64,000 nt of DNA from Candidatus Nomurabacteria bacterium (GCA_020632195.1 JACKGA010000003.1:3832-67831); one strand, 5' to 3'; numbered from the stretch's first letter, positions 50,684-60,164 are shown. Notes: a model not told the origin generated them from the letters alone. Program-made: numbers and translations.

Positions 50684-51496
50684 ATGGAAAACACCCAAAC
50701 GTCACCCGAATCAACTGTGATTCCTATTAGTCGCGCAGACCAGTATCGTACCGCGGGAGAACTGATTGAGAAATCACGCCCAAATGACATGTTTTATGTC
50801 ATGATAGTACTCTCATCAATCATTATCGCGGGAGGTATTCTCACCAATAGTTTAGCGATTATTATTGGAGGAATGCTTGTTACTCCACTCCTCACTCCTA
50901 TTCTCGTTGTTGCTCTTGCGCTGGCGACAGGAGAGCTTGCCCTTATGAAAAGCACAATTCAACTTCTCCTGAAGTCTATCGGAGCTATTGTCGGGGGATC
51001 ACTAGTACTTGGTTTTATTTTTGGAGGAGATGTACAGTTCCCGATTGTCACTAACACGATGACCGCTACCTTCCTCTATTTTATTATTGCGGTTGCTTCT
51101 GGTATTGCGGTGACATACGCATGGGTCCGCAAAGAAGCGAATGAGGTCCTCCCTGGTATCGCTATTGTAGTCTCTTTAGTCCCTCCGTTGTCATGGGTTG
51201 GCGTCGCGATTGCTCGTGGACATTTTGATATTGCACTTACCTTTGGTATTATCTTTATACTCAATTTTATTGGGATTATTCTGGGAAGCCTTATCGTCTT
51301 TTCACTTTCACAATTCAATCATGACCGCGTTCACAAAGCTATCGAGCGTAAACATGAGCAAATCATTGAAAAAGAGCTGAAAGAAAAAGAGGAAAAAGCT
51401 GCCCAAAAAAAAGCGCGTGACGAAGCTTCCTCTGCCCCACAAGTACAGGAAGAAGATGAGTCTGAAAGTATTCAGGACATCACCGATGAACGCTAA
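50684..51496 (+). CDS. DUF389-family membrane protein with acidic/basic C-terminal tail
   Basis: TNSLAIIIGGMLVTPLLTPI pattern typical of DUF389; TATACT box 8 nt before the ATG. Confidence 0.65.
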   Translation: MENTQTSPESTVIPISRADQYRTAGELIEKSRPNDMFYVMIVLSSIIIAGGILTNSLAIIIGGMLVTPLLTPILVVALALATGELALMKSTIQLLLKSIGAIVGGSLVLGFIFGGDVQFPIVTNTMTATFLYFIIAVASGIAVTYAWVRKEANEVLPGIAIVVSLVPPLSWVGVAIARGHFDIALTFGIIFILNFIGIILGSLIVFSLSQFNHDRVHKAIERKHEQIIEKELKEKEEKAAQKKARDEASSAPQVQEEDESESIQDITDER

Positions 51497-51530
51497 GTTT
51501 ATTATTACCTATAATTAAAAAATATTTTTT

Positions 51531-52064
51531 ATGAAAGGATCAACTCTTACACTTACCATTACAATTATCATTATAGCAGGAGCTATTCTTGCAGGAGTAC
51601 TGGTAGGAAACCGCCCAAGTATCTATGAAGACTTTGCTGAATGTATTGCAGATTCTGGAGCAACATTCTATGGAGCATTCTGGTGTCCTCACTGTCTTGA
51701 TCAGAAATCAATGTTTGGCAAAGCAGCCGACTCACTTCCCTATGTCGAGTGTTCTCTTCCCGACCGTTCCGGACAAACCGAGGAATGTACTGAAGCGGGA
51801 ATTACTGGATACCCGACATGGGACTATCAAGGAGATCGCTTCTCAGGAACTCTTTCTCTAGAAGTACTTGCAGCACTCACTCAGTGTGAGCTTCCACCAG
51901 AGCATGTCTCATCTATTGAAGTCACCCAAGAAGACCTTGAACAAATGAAGCAAAATCCAGAAGAAACCTCACAGGCCATAGAGACTGAGCCGCAAAATAC
52001 GATTTCAGTAACTGGATCAAATACCGTCTCTATCGGCGATGTGAATCTTACTATCAGCGAATAA
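51531..52064 (+). CDS. Membrane-anchored thioredoxin-like protein of the VKOR-associated type (no VKOR domain)
   Basis: GATFYGAFWCPHCLDQKSMFGKAADSLPYVEC...ECTEAGITGYPTW closely resembles the Trx domain fused to bacterial VKOR. Confidence 0.8.
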   Translation: MKGSTLTLTITIIIIAGAILAGVLVGNRPSIYEDFAECIADSGATFYGAFWCPHCLDQKSMFGKAADSLPYVECSLPDRSGQTEECTEAGITGYPTWDYQGDRFSGTLSLEVLAALTQCELPPEHVSSIEVTQEDLEQMKQNPEETSQAIETEPQNTISVTGSNTVSIGDVNLTISE

Positions 52065-52082
52065 CCTAAAGAATCAAAATAT

Positions 52083-52670
52083 ATGTTGAATTATAATGAA
52101 GTAAAACAGCGTTCGCGTATTATTGTCGAAGATGAACCTTGGGAAGTAGTAGAGGCTCAGGTGTCACGCAAGCAACAAAATAAACCCGTCAACAAAACCA
52201 AGCTCAAAAACATGATCTCGGGACGTGTCATTGAATACACCTTCCACGTGTCTGATCGGGTACATGAGGCTGAAGTTGAAAAGCGTGATATGACTTACTT
52301 ATACTATCAGGATAAGAAAGGTGAATACTGGTTTGCAGATGCTGATAATCCTAAAAACCGTTTTACACTTGCTAAAGAACTTATTGGTGACGGGATCAAG
52401 TATATGACTGAAAATTCTACTGTTATAGCTCTCGTCTTTCGCCAAGGAGATGGGGAACAAATTATTGGTATCGAATACCCTATGAAAGTAGAACTGGCAG
52501 TTACTGAAGCCCCGCCAAACATCAAAGGAGACACGGCTACAGGGGGGCGTAAGGTAGTCACGGTAGAGACAGGCGCAACCGTCAATGCTCCACTCTTTAT
52601 CAATACAGGCGATGTTATCTTGGTAAATACCGAGACAGGTGATTATTCCGAACGCGTTGAGAAAAATTAG
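52083..52670 (+). CDS. efp: Elongation factor P
   Basis: Three-domain EF-P layout; TKLKNM..G, GDTATGG.K, ETG.Y..R. Confidence 0.9.
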   Translation: MLNYNEVKQRSRIIVEDEPWEVVEAQVSRKQQNKPVNKTKLKNMISGRVIEYTFHVSDRVHEAEVEKRDMTYLYYQDKKGEYWFADADNPKNRFTLAKELIGDGIKYMTENSTVIALVFRQGDGEQIIGIEYPMKVELAVTEAPPNIKGDTATGGRKVVTVETGATVNAPLFINTGDVILVNTETGDYSERVEKN

Positions 52671-52673
52671 ATC

Positions 52674-52705
52674 AAAAAAACCGAGCTAACAGCTCGGTTT
52701 TTTAT
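52674..52705 (+). terminator. Intrinsic terminator
   Basis: aaaaaaaccgagct-aac-agctcggtttttt. Confidence 0.75.
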
Positions 52706-52714
52706 TTCAAAAAT

Positions 52715-52749
52715 AAAACCGCTTTAAAAAAATTATTAAAGCGGTTTTC
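52715..52749 (-). terminator. Intrinsic terminator of the rpsF-ssb-rpsR operon
   Basis: aaaaccgcttta-n11-taaagcggtttt. Confidence 0.7.
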
Positions 52750-52856
52750 GCAAAAGTATTAAAAATTATAAAAAACACGATAATGAGAATAATAGGAAAA
52801 AGCACTCCGTACCTATCTATGGTACGGAGTGCTTTTGATGATCTCATGCTTGCGAA

Positions 52857-53060
52857 TTATGCTTCGATAAAGGGAAGCAATCCCATAAAGCGAGCATTCT
52901 TGATCGCTCGAGCAAGTGCACGCTGGTTCTTACGAGAAACTCCTGAACGCTTTGCAGGCATGATTTTACCTGAGGTTGTCAAAAATTTTCGTAGAAGTTC
53001 GACATTTTTATAGTCGATGTGCTTGATGCCGTTTTGTTTAAAATAACATTGTTGTTTCAT
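52857..53060 (-). CDS. rpsR: 30S ribosomal protein S18
   Basis: IDYKNVELLRKFLTTSGKIMPAKRSGVSRKNQRALARAIKNAR; start moved to MKQQCYF. Confidence 0.9.
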   Translation of the reverse strand: MKQQCYFKQNGIKHIDYKNVELLRKFLTTSGKIMPAKRSGVSRKNQRALARAIKNARFMGLLPFIEA

Positions 53061-53076
53061 AGTTCGTATATACGAT

Positions 53077-53523
53077 TTAGAAAGGAATATCTTCTGGATT
53101 AATATCATCTTCTGGGTACTCGATGACATCAAGCGAATCATCCTGCGATGATGGCGATGCTCCAGAGCCAGAAGAAGATGCCCCATCCCCGACTTTGTTC
53201 CCGAATTGAACTGTATCAGCGACAATCTCGGTACGATATTTTTTCACACCCGTTGATTGATCATCCCAGCTACGAGTCTGCAGGCGTCCTTCGATCAAGG
53301 CTTGTTGTCCTTTTTTCAGATACTGTGCAGATGTCTCAGCTTGGCGTCCAAATACTACAATATTGTGATATTCGACAGCTTCTTTTCGTTCGCCTGTTGC
53401 ACTATCTTTCCAATAGCGATTTGTCGCGAGGCTAAAAGTCGTCACCTTTGAACCAGAAGGAAGTGACTTCAATTCTGGATCACGTGTAAGATTTCCAATA
53501 ATCGTTGCTTTATTAAGATACAT
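53077..53523 (-). CDS. ssb: Single-stranded DNA-binding protein
   Basis: MYLNKATIIGNLTRDPE OB-fold start; acidic tail ending DDINPEDIPF. Confidence 0.9.
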   Translation of the reverse strand: MYLNKATIIGNLTRDPELKSLPSGSKVTTFSLATNRYWKDSATGERKEAVEYHNIVVFGRQAETSAQYLKKGQQALIEGRLQTRSWDDQSTGVKKYRTEIVADTVQFGNKVGDGASSSGSGASPSSQDDSLDVIEYPEDDINPEDIPF

Positions 53524-53593
53524 ATAATTAAATGATTAACGCAAAAAACTAATAATGCCTTCATAATACTCTGCAGGAAGTATTGATGCAAGC

Positions 53594-54115
53594 TTATGCT
53601 TCGTCTTCTTCTGATGTCATTTCGTCGAGCTTGTCATCGAGCTCTGCTTCATCAACCTCTTCGTCAGATTCTTCATCAGTATCATCTGATTCATCCATGG
53701 TCAATTTATGTGAATCAGGTGTTGCCATTTCATGCTGCGAAGCAGAAGCAAGCGGCTTCGCATTAATCATCGTATCTTCACGAACGGTCTTGGTCACCAG
53801 ATGGCGCAAGATGTCTTGACGACGTTCGAATAATGCTTCGATTTCTGCAATCAACTCAGGATTGAGTGCAAACTTGATCCAACCAAAATATGCGGTGTCG
53901 TAAAAAGCATTTTTGTTTTCTAAGACCTTCATCATAGTATAGGCTAAGTCGATCAATTGAGGTTCGCCTTCGCTAATATGTTCTGCGCCGAGCTCAGCAA
54001 TTTTTGCTTTGATCTCTGACAGAGTATTGATGGCGTCGTCTTGTGTTTTGTTGGGCAACATCAGATAGCCCACCTCATACACACGCGGTTCGCGCATTTC
54101 CATAGTTTTTTCCAT
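53594..54115 (-). CDS. rpsF: 30S ribosomal protein S6 with long acidic C-terminal extension
   Basis: YEVGYLMLPN start pattern and operon position; exact ATG ambiguous (54115/54103/54097). Confidence 0.7.
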   Translation of the reverse strand: MEKTMEMREPRVYEVGYLMLPNKTQDDAINTLSEIKAKIAELGAEHISEGEPQLIDLAYTMMKVLENKNAFYDTAYFGWIKFALNPELIAEIEALFERRQDILRHLVTKTVREDTMINAKPLASASQHEMATPDSHKLTMDESDDTDEESDEEVDEAELDDKLDEMTSEEDEA

Positions 54116-54257
54116 AGAAAGTTTTAAACAAAAGATAAAAAATCGAGTATTCCTCAATCATTAATCTTTTGTTCTGTTATCCAGTTACTGATAAAAATGT
54201 GTCCCGCCTCATTTCAAACAGATGGAGAAATGACTGGAGATGACGGGAATGGGTTGG

Positions 54258-54286
54258 AGTATAGCAGAGAATGATATAATTGTAAA
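54258..54286 (-). promoter_or_regulatory. Sigma70-like promoter of the rpsF operon (implies a ~140-nt leader)
   Basis: Minus strand TTTACA, 17-nt spacer, TATACT. Confidence 0.5.
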
Positions 54287-54331
54287 GATTTTATTTGACT
54301 TTTCAAACAAAAAAAACGTACGATCTAAATC

Positions 54332-54529
54332 ATGAAAGAGATGAAAAAGAAATATTTTAGTTTATCTGATATATTTACAATGATCTGGATGTCTGGTTTT
54401 GTTCCATTCGTAATACTTTCATCCTTTCTAAGGCAGGGAAAGGACTTCCGAATACCTGTGGCAGTTGCTACGATACTATTTATTGCAACAATGGTATTTA
54501 TGTACAATAGTTTTGAAAAAGATGATTAA
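54332..54529 (+). CDS. Small two-TM membrane protein (hypothetical)
   Basis: 65-aa ORF with two hydrophobic helices; weak support. Confidence 0.3.
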   Translation: MKEMKKKYFSLSDIFTMIWMSGFVPFVILSSFLRQGKDFRIPVAVATILFIATMVFMYNSFEKDD

Positions 54530-54542
54530 CATAGTTATATTT

Positions 54543-55346
54543 CTATTCAATATTTATCCCCCACAACCGCCTTACGTTTTCCAAAATCTGTTCTCGAATA
54601 TTATCTTGATTACGAATTTCTGCTAATTTTTTATACACTTCCCCCACATATTCAGGACTATTCCTCTGTCCACGATACGGGGTGGGTGCCACATACGGCG
54701 CATCGGTCTCGCACATGATCCGATCCAGCGGGATATTTTTGATAATATTATCATAATCCCGCGCAAAGGTAATGACCCCAGTAAATGAAATAGAAAATCC
54801 TAATGCGATAAATTTTTGAGCATGCTCGAGTGTCCCTGCGAAGAAGTGCGCGTCACCACGCAGACGATCCCCTGCTTCTTTTTTATACTCGGCGAGCAGT
54901 TCAAGTGCATCGTCATAGGCATCGTGAGTATCACGCGTCGGTCGGATATGAAGCATGAGTGGTTTGTCATATTCAATCGCAAGTTCGATTTGTCTACGAA
55001 AGAGGTCTTCCTGTTTTGCCAGATGCTCTGGTGTTTTTTCGATACGGAAATAATCAAGTCCACATTCGCCAACACCAACGACCTGAGTATGAGTAAGAAG
55101 TTCTCGATATACTTCCTCTTTAAATTCTTCATCATCTACATACGCAGGATGATGTCCGACAATCGCCCAAAGATGATCGTGCTGTTCGGCAAGTTCCACA
55201 GCAAAGCGCGAGGTCGCACTATCGACGCCCACATTGATCGCCCCGATTGATTGTCCGTACAAACGTGTAATAACCTCGTCCCGATCGTGATCAAATTCAG
55301 GGAGGTTGAGATGAGTGTGTATGTCGATGTAATGAAATTTTTTCAT
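54543..55346 (-). CDS. tatD: TatD-family metal-dependent hydrolase/DNase
   Basis: YIDIHTHL, VGECGLDY, LHIR, ETDAPY. Confidence 0.9.
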   Translation of the reverse strand: MKKFHYIDIHTHLNLPEFDHDRDEVITRLYGQSIGAINVGVDSATSRFAVELAEQHDHLWAIVGHHPAYVDDEEFKEEVYRELLTHTQVVGVGECGLDYFRIEKTPEHLAKQEDLFRRQIELAIEYDKPLMLHIRPTRDTHDAYDDALELLAEYKKEAGDRLRGDAHFFAGTLEHAQKFIALGFSISFTGVITFARDYDNIIKNIPLDRIMCETDAPYVAPTPYRGQRNSPEYVGEVYKKLAEIRNQDNIREQILENVRRLWGINIE

Positions 55347-55352
55347 ACAAGT

Positions 55353-55362
55353 AGTGTACACA
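55353..55362 (-). promoter_or_regulatory. TGTGTACACT -10 element, 6 nt before the tatD ATG (leaderless-type)
   Basis: Minus strand tgtgtacact-acttgt-ATG. Confidence 0.45.
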
Positions 55363-55390
55363 GCATCGACAGAAAAGCTACAGCACCCCA

Positions 55391-55448
55391 GCGTGTCATC
55401 CCCGCATTTTTTCTACGTGTCATCCCCGCGTCGTAGGCGGGGACCCAT
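55391..55448. repeat. GC-rich palindromic repeat element, 1.5 copies (GTGTCATCCCCGC...GCGGGGACCCAT)
   Basis: cgtgtcatccccgc at 55392-55405 and 55416-55429; the second copy continues into hairpin CCCCGC-gtcgtag-GCGGGG; a related copy lies at 61653-61682. Confidence 0.7.
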
Positions 55449-55519
55449 CTGCCTCCTGGCTACGCTAGACGAAATCTCTACATATACAAGGATAACGTTG
55501 TTTTTAAATGGGAAGTGAG

Positions 55520-57007
55520 TTAATTCTCTAATCTCCCGAACAGTACTTCCTCTGGTTTTTTCTTTTGATCGATAAGTGTGGCAATAGCAGCTGCCGTACG
55601 TGGCATAATTGGGCGAATCTCCTTTACCACTTTAGACAGTCGCCGGATCATACTCGCCAGATCTGCGCGTGCCTGATCGGGATCGGTTTTGAATACTTTA
55701 AATGGCTGTTTTTCGCTGATTTCTTCATCGAGCTCCTTGATACGTGACCAAGTACTGTCCAATGCTTTCTGAATATCGAAATCAGCCATGTGTTCATGAT
55801 ATGCACGGCAACGATCATCCTCGCGTGTTTCAAAATCCTGATTATGGAAAAGTTCTTGTGAATCGTACGCTACTCCATAGTTCACCACCATATTCATCAA
55901 CCGACTGGTGAGATTCCCAAGACCATTTTGTAATTGTGCACGATAAGCTTCTTCGACGGTTTCCATACTCATCCCGGAATCATCCCAACTATTGATATGA
56001 CGAGTCAGATAATAACGAAGCACCTCTTCAGCATATGGCGTCACCTCAGCAAAGCGGTCGATGATGTCTATTGGGGCGATGACATTTCCTAGAGACTTAC
56101 TCATCTTGCGCCCATCTGCAGCATTGATAAATCCATTGATCAAAATACGATGAGAATTTGGGAGCCCCGCTGCCATCAGCATTGCCTGCCACATGGCTGA
56201 TTGTTGTCGAAGATTATCTTTTCCACAATACTGGACAGGAGTTCCCTCGTGCCAAAATTTTGTAAAAGTAGCGGAGTCTTCTGGCCAGCCGAGTGTCGAA
56301 ATATAATTCGTCAGTGCATCGAACCACACGTACATCACATGGTCGTCATCCCCCGGTACCGGCACGCCCCATGACATTTTTTCTTTACGGCGCGAAATCG
56401 AGAAATCTTGAAGACCTCGTCCGACAAATGCTTTAATCTCATTAAAACGAAAATCAGGTGTTACAAAAGTTGGATGAGCAGCATAAAATTCTAAAAGCTT
56501 ATCCGTGAATGCAGAAAATTTAAAAAAATAATTTTCTTCATCAATGAGCTCGATAGGTTTACCGGGATGAATCGGACACTCACCATCAATGAGCTCTGAA
56601 TCAGTCTTGGCTAATTCACACCCGACACAATACTTGGTCTGATACTGTGCTTTGTAAATATATCCATTGGCATCACATCGTCGCCACATTTCTTGCGCAG
56701 CTGCAATATGGTGGGCATCGGTAGTACGAATAAAATGTACTGATTCCAAAAGCCCGAGCTCGGTAGTAAGGGTGCGAAATTCAGCAGCGTATCGATCGAC
56801 ATATGCTTGTGCTGACTCATTATTCTCGACAGCTTTATCAAAAATTTTCTGACCATGCTCATCTGTGCCGGTGTTGAAAAATACCTCATATCCCATAAGG
56901 GTTTTATATCGAGCGATAACATCAGCTCGAATAATTTCCATAGCAAAACCCACATGAGGACTCGCATTTACATACGGGAGCGTTGTCGTGATATAAAATG
57001 GTTTCAT
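55520..57007 (-). CDS. metG: Methionyl-tRNA synthetase (short form)
   Basis: PYVNASPHVGF (HIGH-type) and KMSKS; start set at MKPFYITTT; the longer ORF overlaps the upstream gene and its terminator. Confidence 0.9.
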   Translation of the reverse strand: MKPFYITTTLPYVNASPHVGFAMEIIRADVIARYKTLMGYEVFFNTGTDEHGQKIFDKAVENNESAQAYVDRYAAEFRTLTTELGLLESVHFIRTTDAHHIAAAQEMWRRCDANGYIYKAQYQTKYCVGCELAKTDSELIDGECPIHPGKPIELIDEENYFFKFSAFTDKLLEFYAAHPTFVTPDFRFNEIKAFVGRGLQDFSISRRKEKMSWGVPVPGDDDHVMYVWFDALTNYISTLGWPEDSATFTKFWHEGTPVQYCGKDNLRQQSAMWQAMLMAAGLPNSHRILINGFINAADGRKMSKSLGNVIAPIDIIDRFAEVTPYAEEVLRYYLTRHINSWDDSGMSMETVEEAYRAQLQNGLGNLTSRLMNMVVNYGVAYDSQELFHNQDFETREDDRCRAYHEHMADFDIQKALDSTWSRIKELDEEISEKQPFKVFKTDPDQARADLASMIRRLSKVVKEIRPIMPRTAAAIATLIDQKKKPEEVLFGRLEN

Positions 57008-57095
57008 ATAAGATATAAAGTAGCAGGTTCTCAGGTTGTGGGCAAATGTTTGTAAATAAAAAGGCCAACAAAAATGACTTACATACTCTAACCAA

Positions 57096-57126
57096 ACAAA
57101 AAACACCAAATCCATGGTGTTTTTTA
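57096..57126 (-). terminator. Intrinsic terminator
   Basis: aaaaaacacca-aatcca-tggtgttttt. Confidence 0.7.
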
Positions 57127-57143
57127 TCTCTAAACTAGATCTT

Positions 57144-59009
57144 CTAATACCTTGGCATAGTATGAGGATGTCCTGAGTGTGGGTGGGTAAATGCTTCATA
57201 AATAAATTTTCCAGCAATCAAGAGCAAGATAAGCATACCACCGATCAGTAACCATAGTGGGATACCGCCACGACGTGGCGCTTGATAGTCTGGCACATAC
57301 CCGAGCCCAATATCAAAACTTGCATACTCGGCTTGCCCAAGTGTGCCGTCCTCCTCGACATCCTGTACAATCACTTGTTGTTGCCCAGAGCCAGAAGTGC
57401 CTGAAAGTTGGGATACCGTTGTATAGGTTGTCGTTGTTGAAGAAGTATTGGTGTTAGTAGGAGGTAGTTGATACGGCAGATTTGAACCTGTCGTTTTAAA
57501 TGTCTTCAGTTCGCCTTCGAGATTACCATTACAATCATCACCAATGAAGCGATAGTAGTAGGTCGTCCCAGCACTGAGTCCCTGGAGTTGCGCAGTAACC
57601 GTTCCGCTCCCACTACGATCAGTATAACCATTGAGTAAGGTCATGTTGGCTGAACTAGTCCCGAACATGAATCCCGTACGCAATGTCGAGCAATCACCAT
57701 CATCATACGTCCCGCGGATACGAGCTGTAGAACTCCCCACCTGCTGTGCGCTGAGCGTATGAATATCTGGGGTATCTTCTGATGCAGTGGCCGAATGGTA
57801 ATCCACACGCTCTATACTGGTCACACTATTGTTTATATTCCCATCTTCGTAGCACTCCAAAACAAACGTGGTGTCTTCATCAATATTATAGATATCATAG
57901 TCGCTGTCATTGTCTGATACAGTATGGTCTACACCATCGTAAGTCAATTTACATGAGTGGGAGCATCCTGTTTGTGCCGGGTTTGCAAAGCCACTTCCCG
58001 TTAACCAGGAAAGACTTATATCATTATCACTTTCATCTTCATAAACATCACTCTGATCAATACTGAAGCTGGTAATATAAATACCACAGCCTCCAACAAC
58101 AGGATTTGATCCCGTAATCTCAACATTCACCGTAACTCGATCTGAGCCCACTGTATTTGACAGCGCATCATAACAAGTCACTCGATAGGTATAACTATAA
58201 TCAGCTGTTGCATAAGGATTTCCGAGAGCGGTATAATTGCTCGTAATAGTACCTCCACCTACATAGGTAACTGACGTTTCAGTATTGCCGGTAGTCTGAT
58301 TTACCAGACGGCACGATGCCACGTCAGTTGCTGTCCATGACAGAGCAAAACTGTGCTGATCAGTAACTGAAATAGATCCACTGAGCGTATTGTTGAGCTG
58401 GCCTTCGATAGAGAGATCAACGCTAGATGTAAGAGTGGGGGGAAATGCAACGGTTGCTGGATGTTGGAGCACATCAATTGGAACAGGATTCTGAACCTGG
58501 TGAACTGTAGTTGCGCTTGTATCCAGAGTTCCAGCAGTAACGGTTTCTGAAACCGCTGTATTGAACTCAAGATCAAGTGTTGGCATATATTTAATGGTGA
58601 CGCTATCACTTACCGTCGTACCCGTTGTAGCAGAACATGAGATAGTATATTTTACTGATTGGGTGAGTGTAGAAACACTAGGACGAAAAACGGTAATAGT
58701 CTCTGCGAGTTGCTCTCCGGTAAACTGTGCGGGAGTATGAGTATACGTCCCCACCGTTGTGCCAGCTGTGACATTGGTAAGCGTACAGCTGGTAACCTCA
58801 TTGACAAGCCAAAAAAGATCCACGCTCGCGTCAGAGGTTGTGAATGATGTTGCCGTATATATACCATTATCACTCTGAGCACCTAATTGAACATAGGGAG
58901 AGACCTGAGCACGAGATGTGTTTATTACCATATATCCCAGACTCAAAAAACCGATGACAAAAAGAAGGATAGAAAAACTTGAATGAATAATTTTTGTGAA
59001 ACGCGACAT
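57144..59009 (-). CDS. Large surface protein: N-terminal signal anchor, Thr/Ser-rich Ig-like repeats, C-terminal TM anchor
   Basis: ILLFVIGFLSLGYMVI at the N-terminus; IPLWLLIGGMLILLLIAGKFIY near the C-terminus. Confidence 0.6.
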   Translation of the reverse strand: MSRFTKIIHSSFSILLFVIGFLSLGYMVINTSRAQVSPYVQLGAQSDNGIYTATSFTTSDASVDLFWLVNEVTSCTLTNVTAGTTVGTYTHTPAQFTGEQLAETITVFRPSVSTLTQSVKYTISCSATTGTTVSDSVTIKYMPTLDLEFNTAVSETVTAGTLDTSATTVHQVQNPVPIDVLQHPATVAFPPTLTSSVDLSIEGQLNNTLSGSISVTDQHSFALSWTATDVASCRLVNQTTGNTETSVTYVGGGTITSNYTALGNPYATADYSYTYRVTCYDALSNTVGSDRVTVNVEITGSNPVVGGCGIYITSFSIDQSDVYEDESDNDISLSWLTGSGFANPAQTGCSHSCKLTYDGVDHTVSDNDSDYDIYNIDEDTTFVLECYEDGNINNSVTSIERVDYHSATASEDTPDIHTLSAQQVGSSTARIRGTYDDGDCSTLRTGFMFGTSSANMTLLNGYTDRSGSGTVTAQLQGLSAGTTYYYRFIGDDCNGNLEGELKTFKTTGSNLPYQLPPTNTNTSSTTTTYTTVSQLSGTSGSGQQQVIVQDVEEDGTLGQAEYASFDIGLGYVPDYQAPRRGGIPLWLLIGGMLILLLIAGKFIYEAFTHPHSGHPHTMPRY

Positions 59010-59093
59010 AAGTAATGAAAAAGTAATGTAAGAATATGAATAATATCTTCATTTAGTTTACAAGAAAAAATCAAAGATGTATAGAGCCCTTGC

Positions 59094-60164
59094 TTAGACC
59101 TCATCTGAAAAGGCCCCTACTTCTTTTTGGCTGAGTTCAATGCGTTTTTCCTTTTCATAATCACGCACCACCTCTACGACAACAACAGCAAGAGGAATAG
59201 CGAGAATGAGCCCAACAAAACCAAAAAGTGCAACACTCACAATCACTGAGATCAGCACTACGAGCGGAGGAACACCAGTGACTCTATTGATAATGAGTGG
59301 CTGCAAGACATAGTTTTCTAACTGTTGCAAAAGTGCGTACCAAGCAAAAGTCAAAAGCATCATGTTCAACCCGCCTGAGGTATAGGCGATGAAAAGTGCA
59401 ATCAACCCAGCGAGTACAATACCAAAAGGAATCATTCCCAGAGCCGCAGCAAGTACTGACAACATCAAAGCATATGGAACTCCAAAGATCCATAATCCGA
59501 GGTATGTCAGCGTCGCGAGGATAAGAGCCTGAAGGAGTTGTCCACGTAGCCATGCCCCAATCTTGTATTCGGTGCGGCGCCAAACCGAGATAACATATTC
59601 TTCATATTGAAGCGGTGTCACCGCTCGCAAAAATTGTTCGACGCCACGTTCCTCAATCGAAAGATAGAAAGAAATAACCATCACCAGCATAAAATTAACA
59701 AGCCCGCCAAAAGCTGTCTGAACCGTATTCAATACTTCACTTGATACCGTACCCAAAGAACCCTTTATCTGACTAAAAAACTCTATGGGATCAGCGCCCG
59801 CGCCAGCAGCACGCAACGTCTCAAACGTATCCTTAATATTTCCTGAACCATCTCCGGTATTTAAAAGTGTCGTCAAGTCGCCAATTTCTTTTCCAAATGT
59901 TGGGATAAAAAGATATAACAGAACCGCAACGCCAATAATAACTACAATATATACAAGCATGACAGCAATCACTCGCGGAAAATGTAACCGTCGAATAAGC
60001 CCTTTTGAGAGGCTCTCGACAAAAGCAGCAAGCACCACTGCCATTAAAATGACAAGCAAAATATTACCAATCTTCCAAAGAAAGAGCGCAAAAAGAACTA
60101 CGGCAAGAAGCGTAAAGATGCTTTTGGGCGTAATAGTGATTGAAATGGGAGTATCATTATCCAT
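59094..60164 (-). CDS. AI-2E family transporter (PerM/YdiK-like)
   Basis: 8-TM layout with the conserved C-terminal LIINRVTGVPPLVVLISV region; start placed after the glyQS terminator. Confidence 0.8.
   Translation of the reverse strand: MDNDTPISITITPKSIFTLLAVVLFALFLWKIGNILLVILMAVVLAAFVESLSKGLIRRLHFPRVIAVMLVYIVVIIGVAVLLYLFIPTFGKEIGDLTTLLNTGDGSGNIKDTFETLRAAGAGADPIEFFSQIKGSLGTVSSEVLNTVQTAFGGLVNFMLVMVISFYLSIEERGVEQFLRAVTPLQYEEYVISVWRRTEYKIGAWLRGQLLQALILATLTYLGLWIFGVPYALMLSVLAAALGMIPFGIVLAGLIALFIAYTSGGLNMMLLTFAWYALLQQLENYVLQPLIINRVTGVPPLVVLISVIVSVALFGFVGLILAIPLAVVVVEVVRDYEKEKRIELSQKEVGAFSDEV

Noticed and set aside
55391-55448. CRISPR-like repeats (stem CCCCGC...GCGGGG resembles type I-E repeats)
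   Set aside because: There are only 1.5 adjacent copies, separated by a 10-nt spacer. There is no array periodicity and no cas genes. The other copy is 6 kb away. It is treated as a REP-like palindromic element.
57008-57217. N-terminal 70-aa extension of the metG ORF
   Set aside because: The extension overlaps the upstream gene's stop and its terminator (57096-57126) and has no MetRS similarity. The conserved start MKPFYITTTLPYVN begins at 57007.
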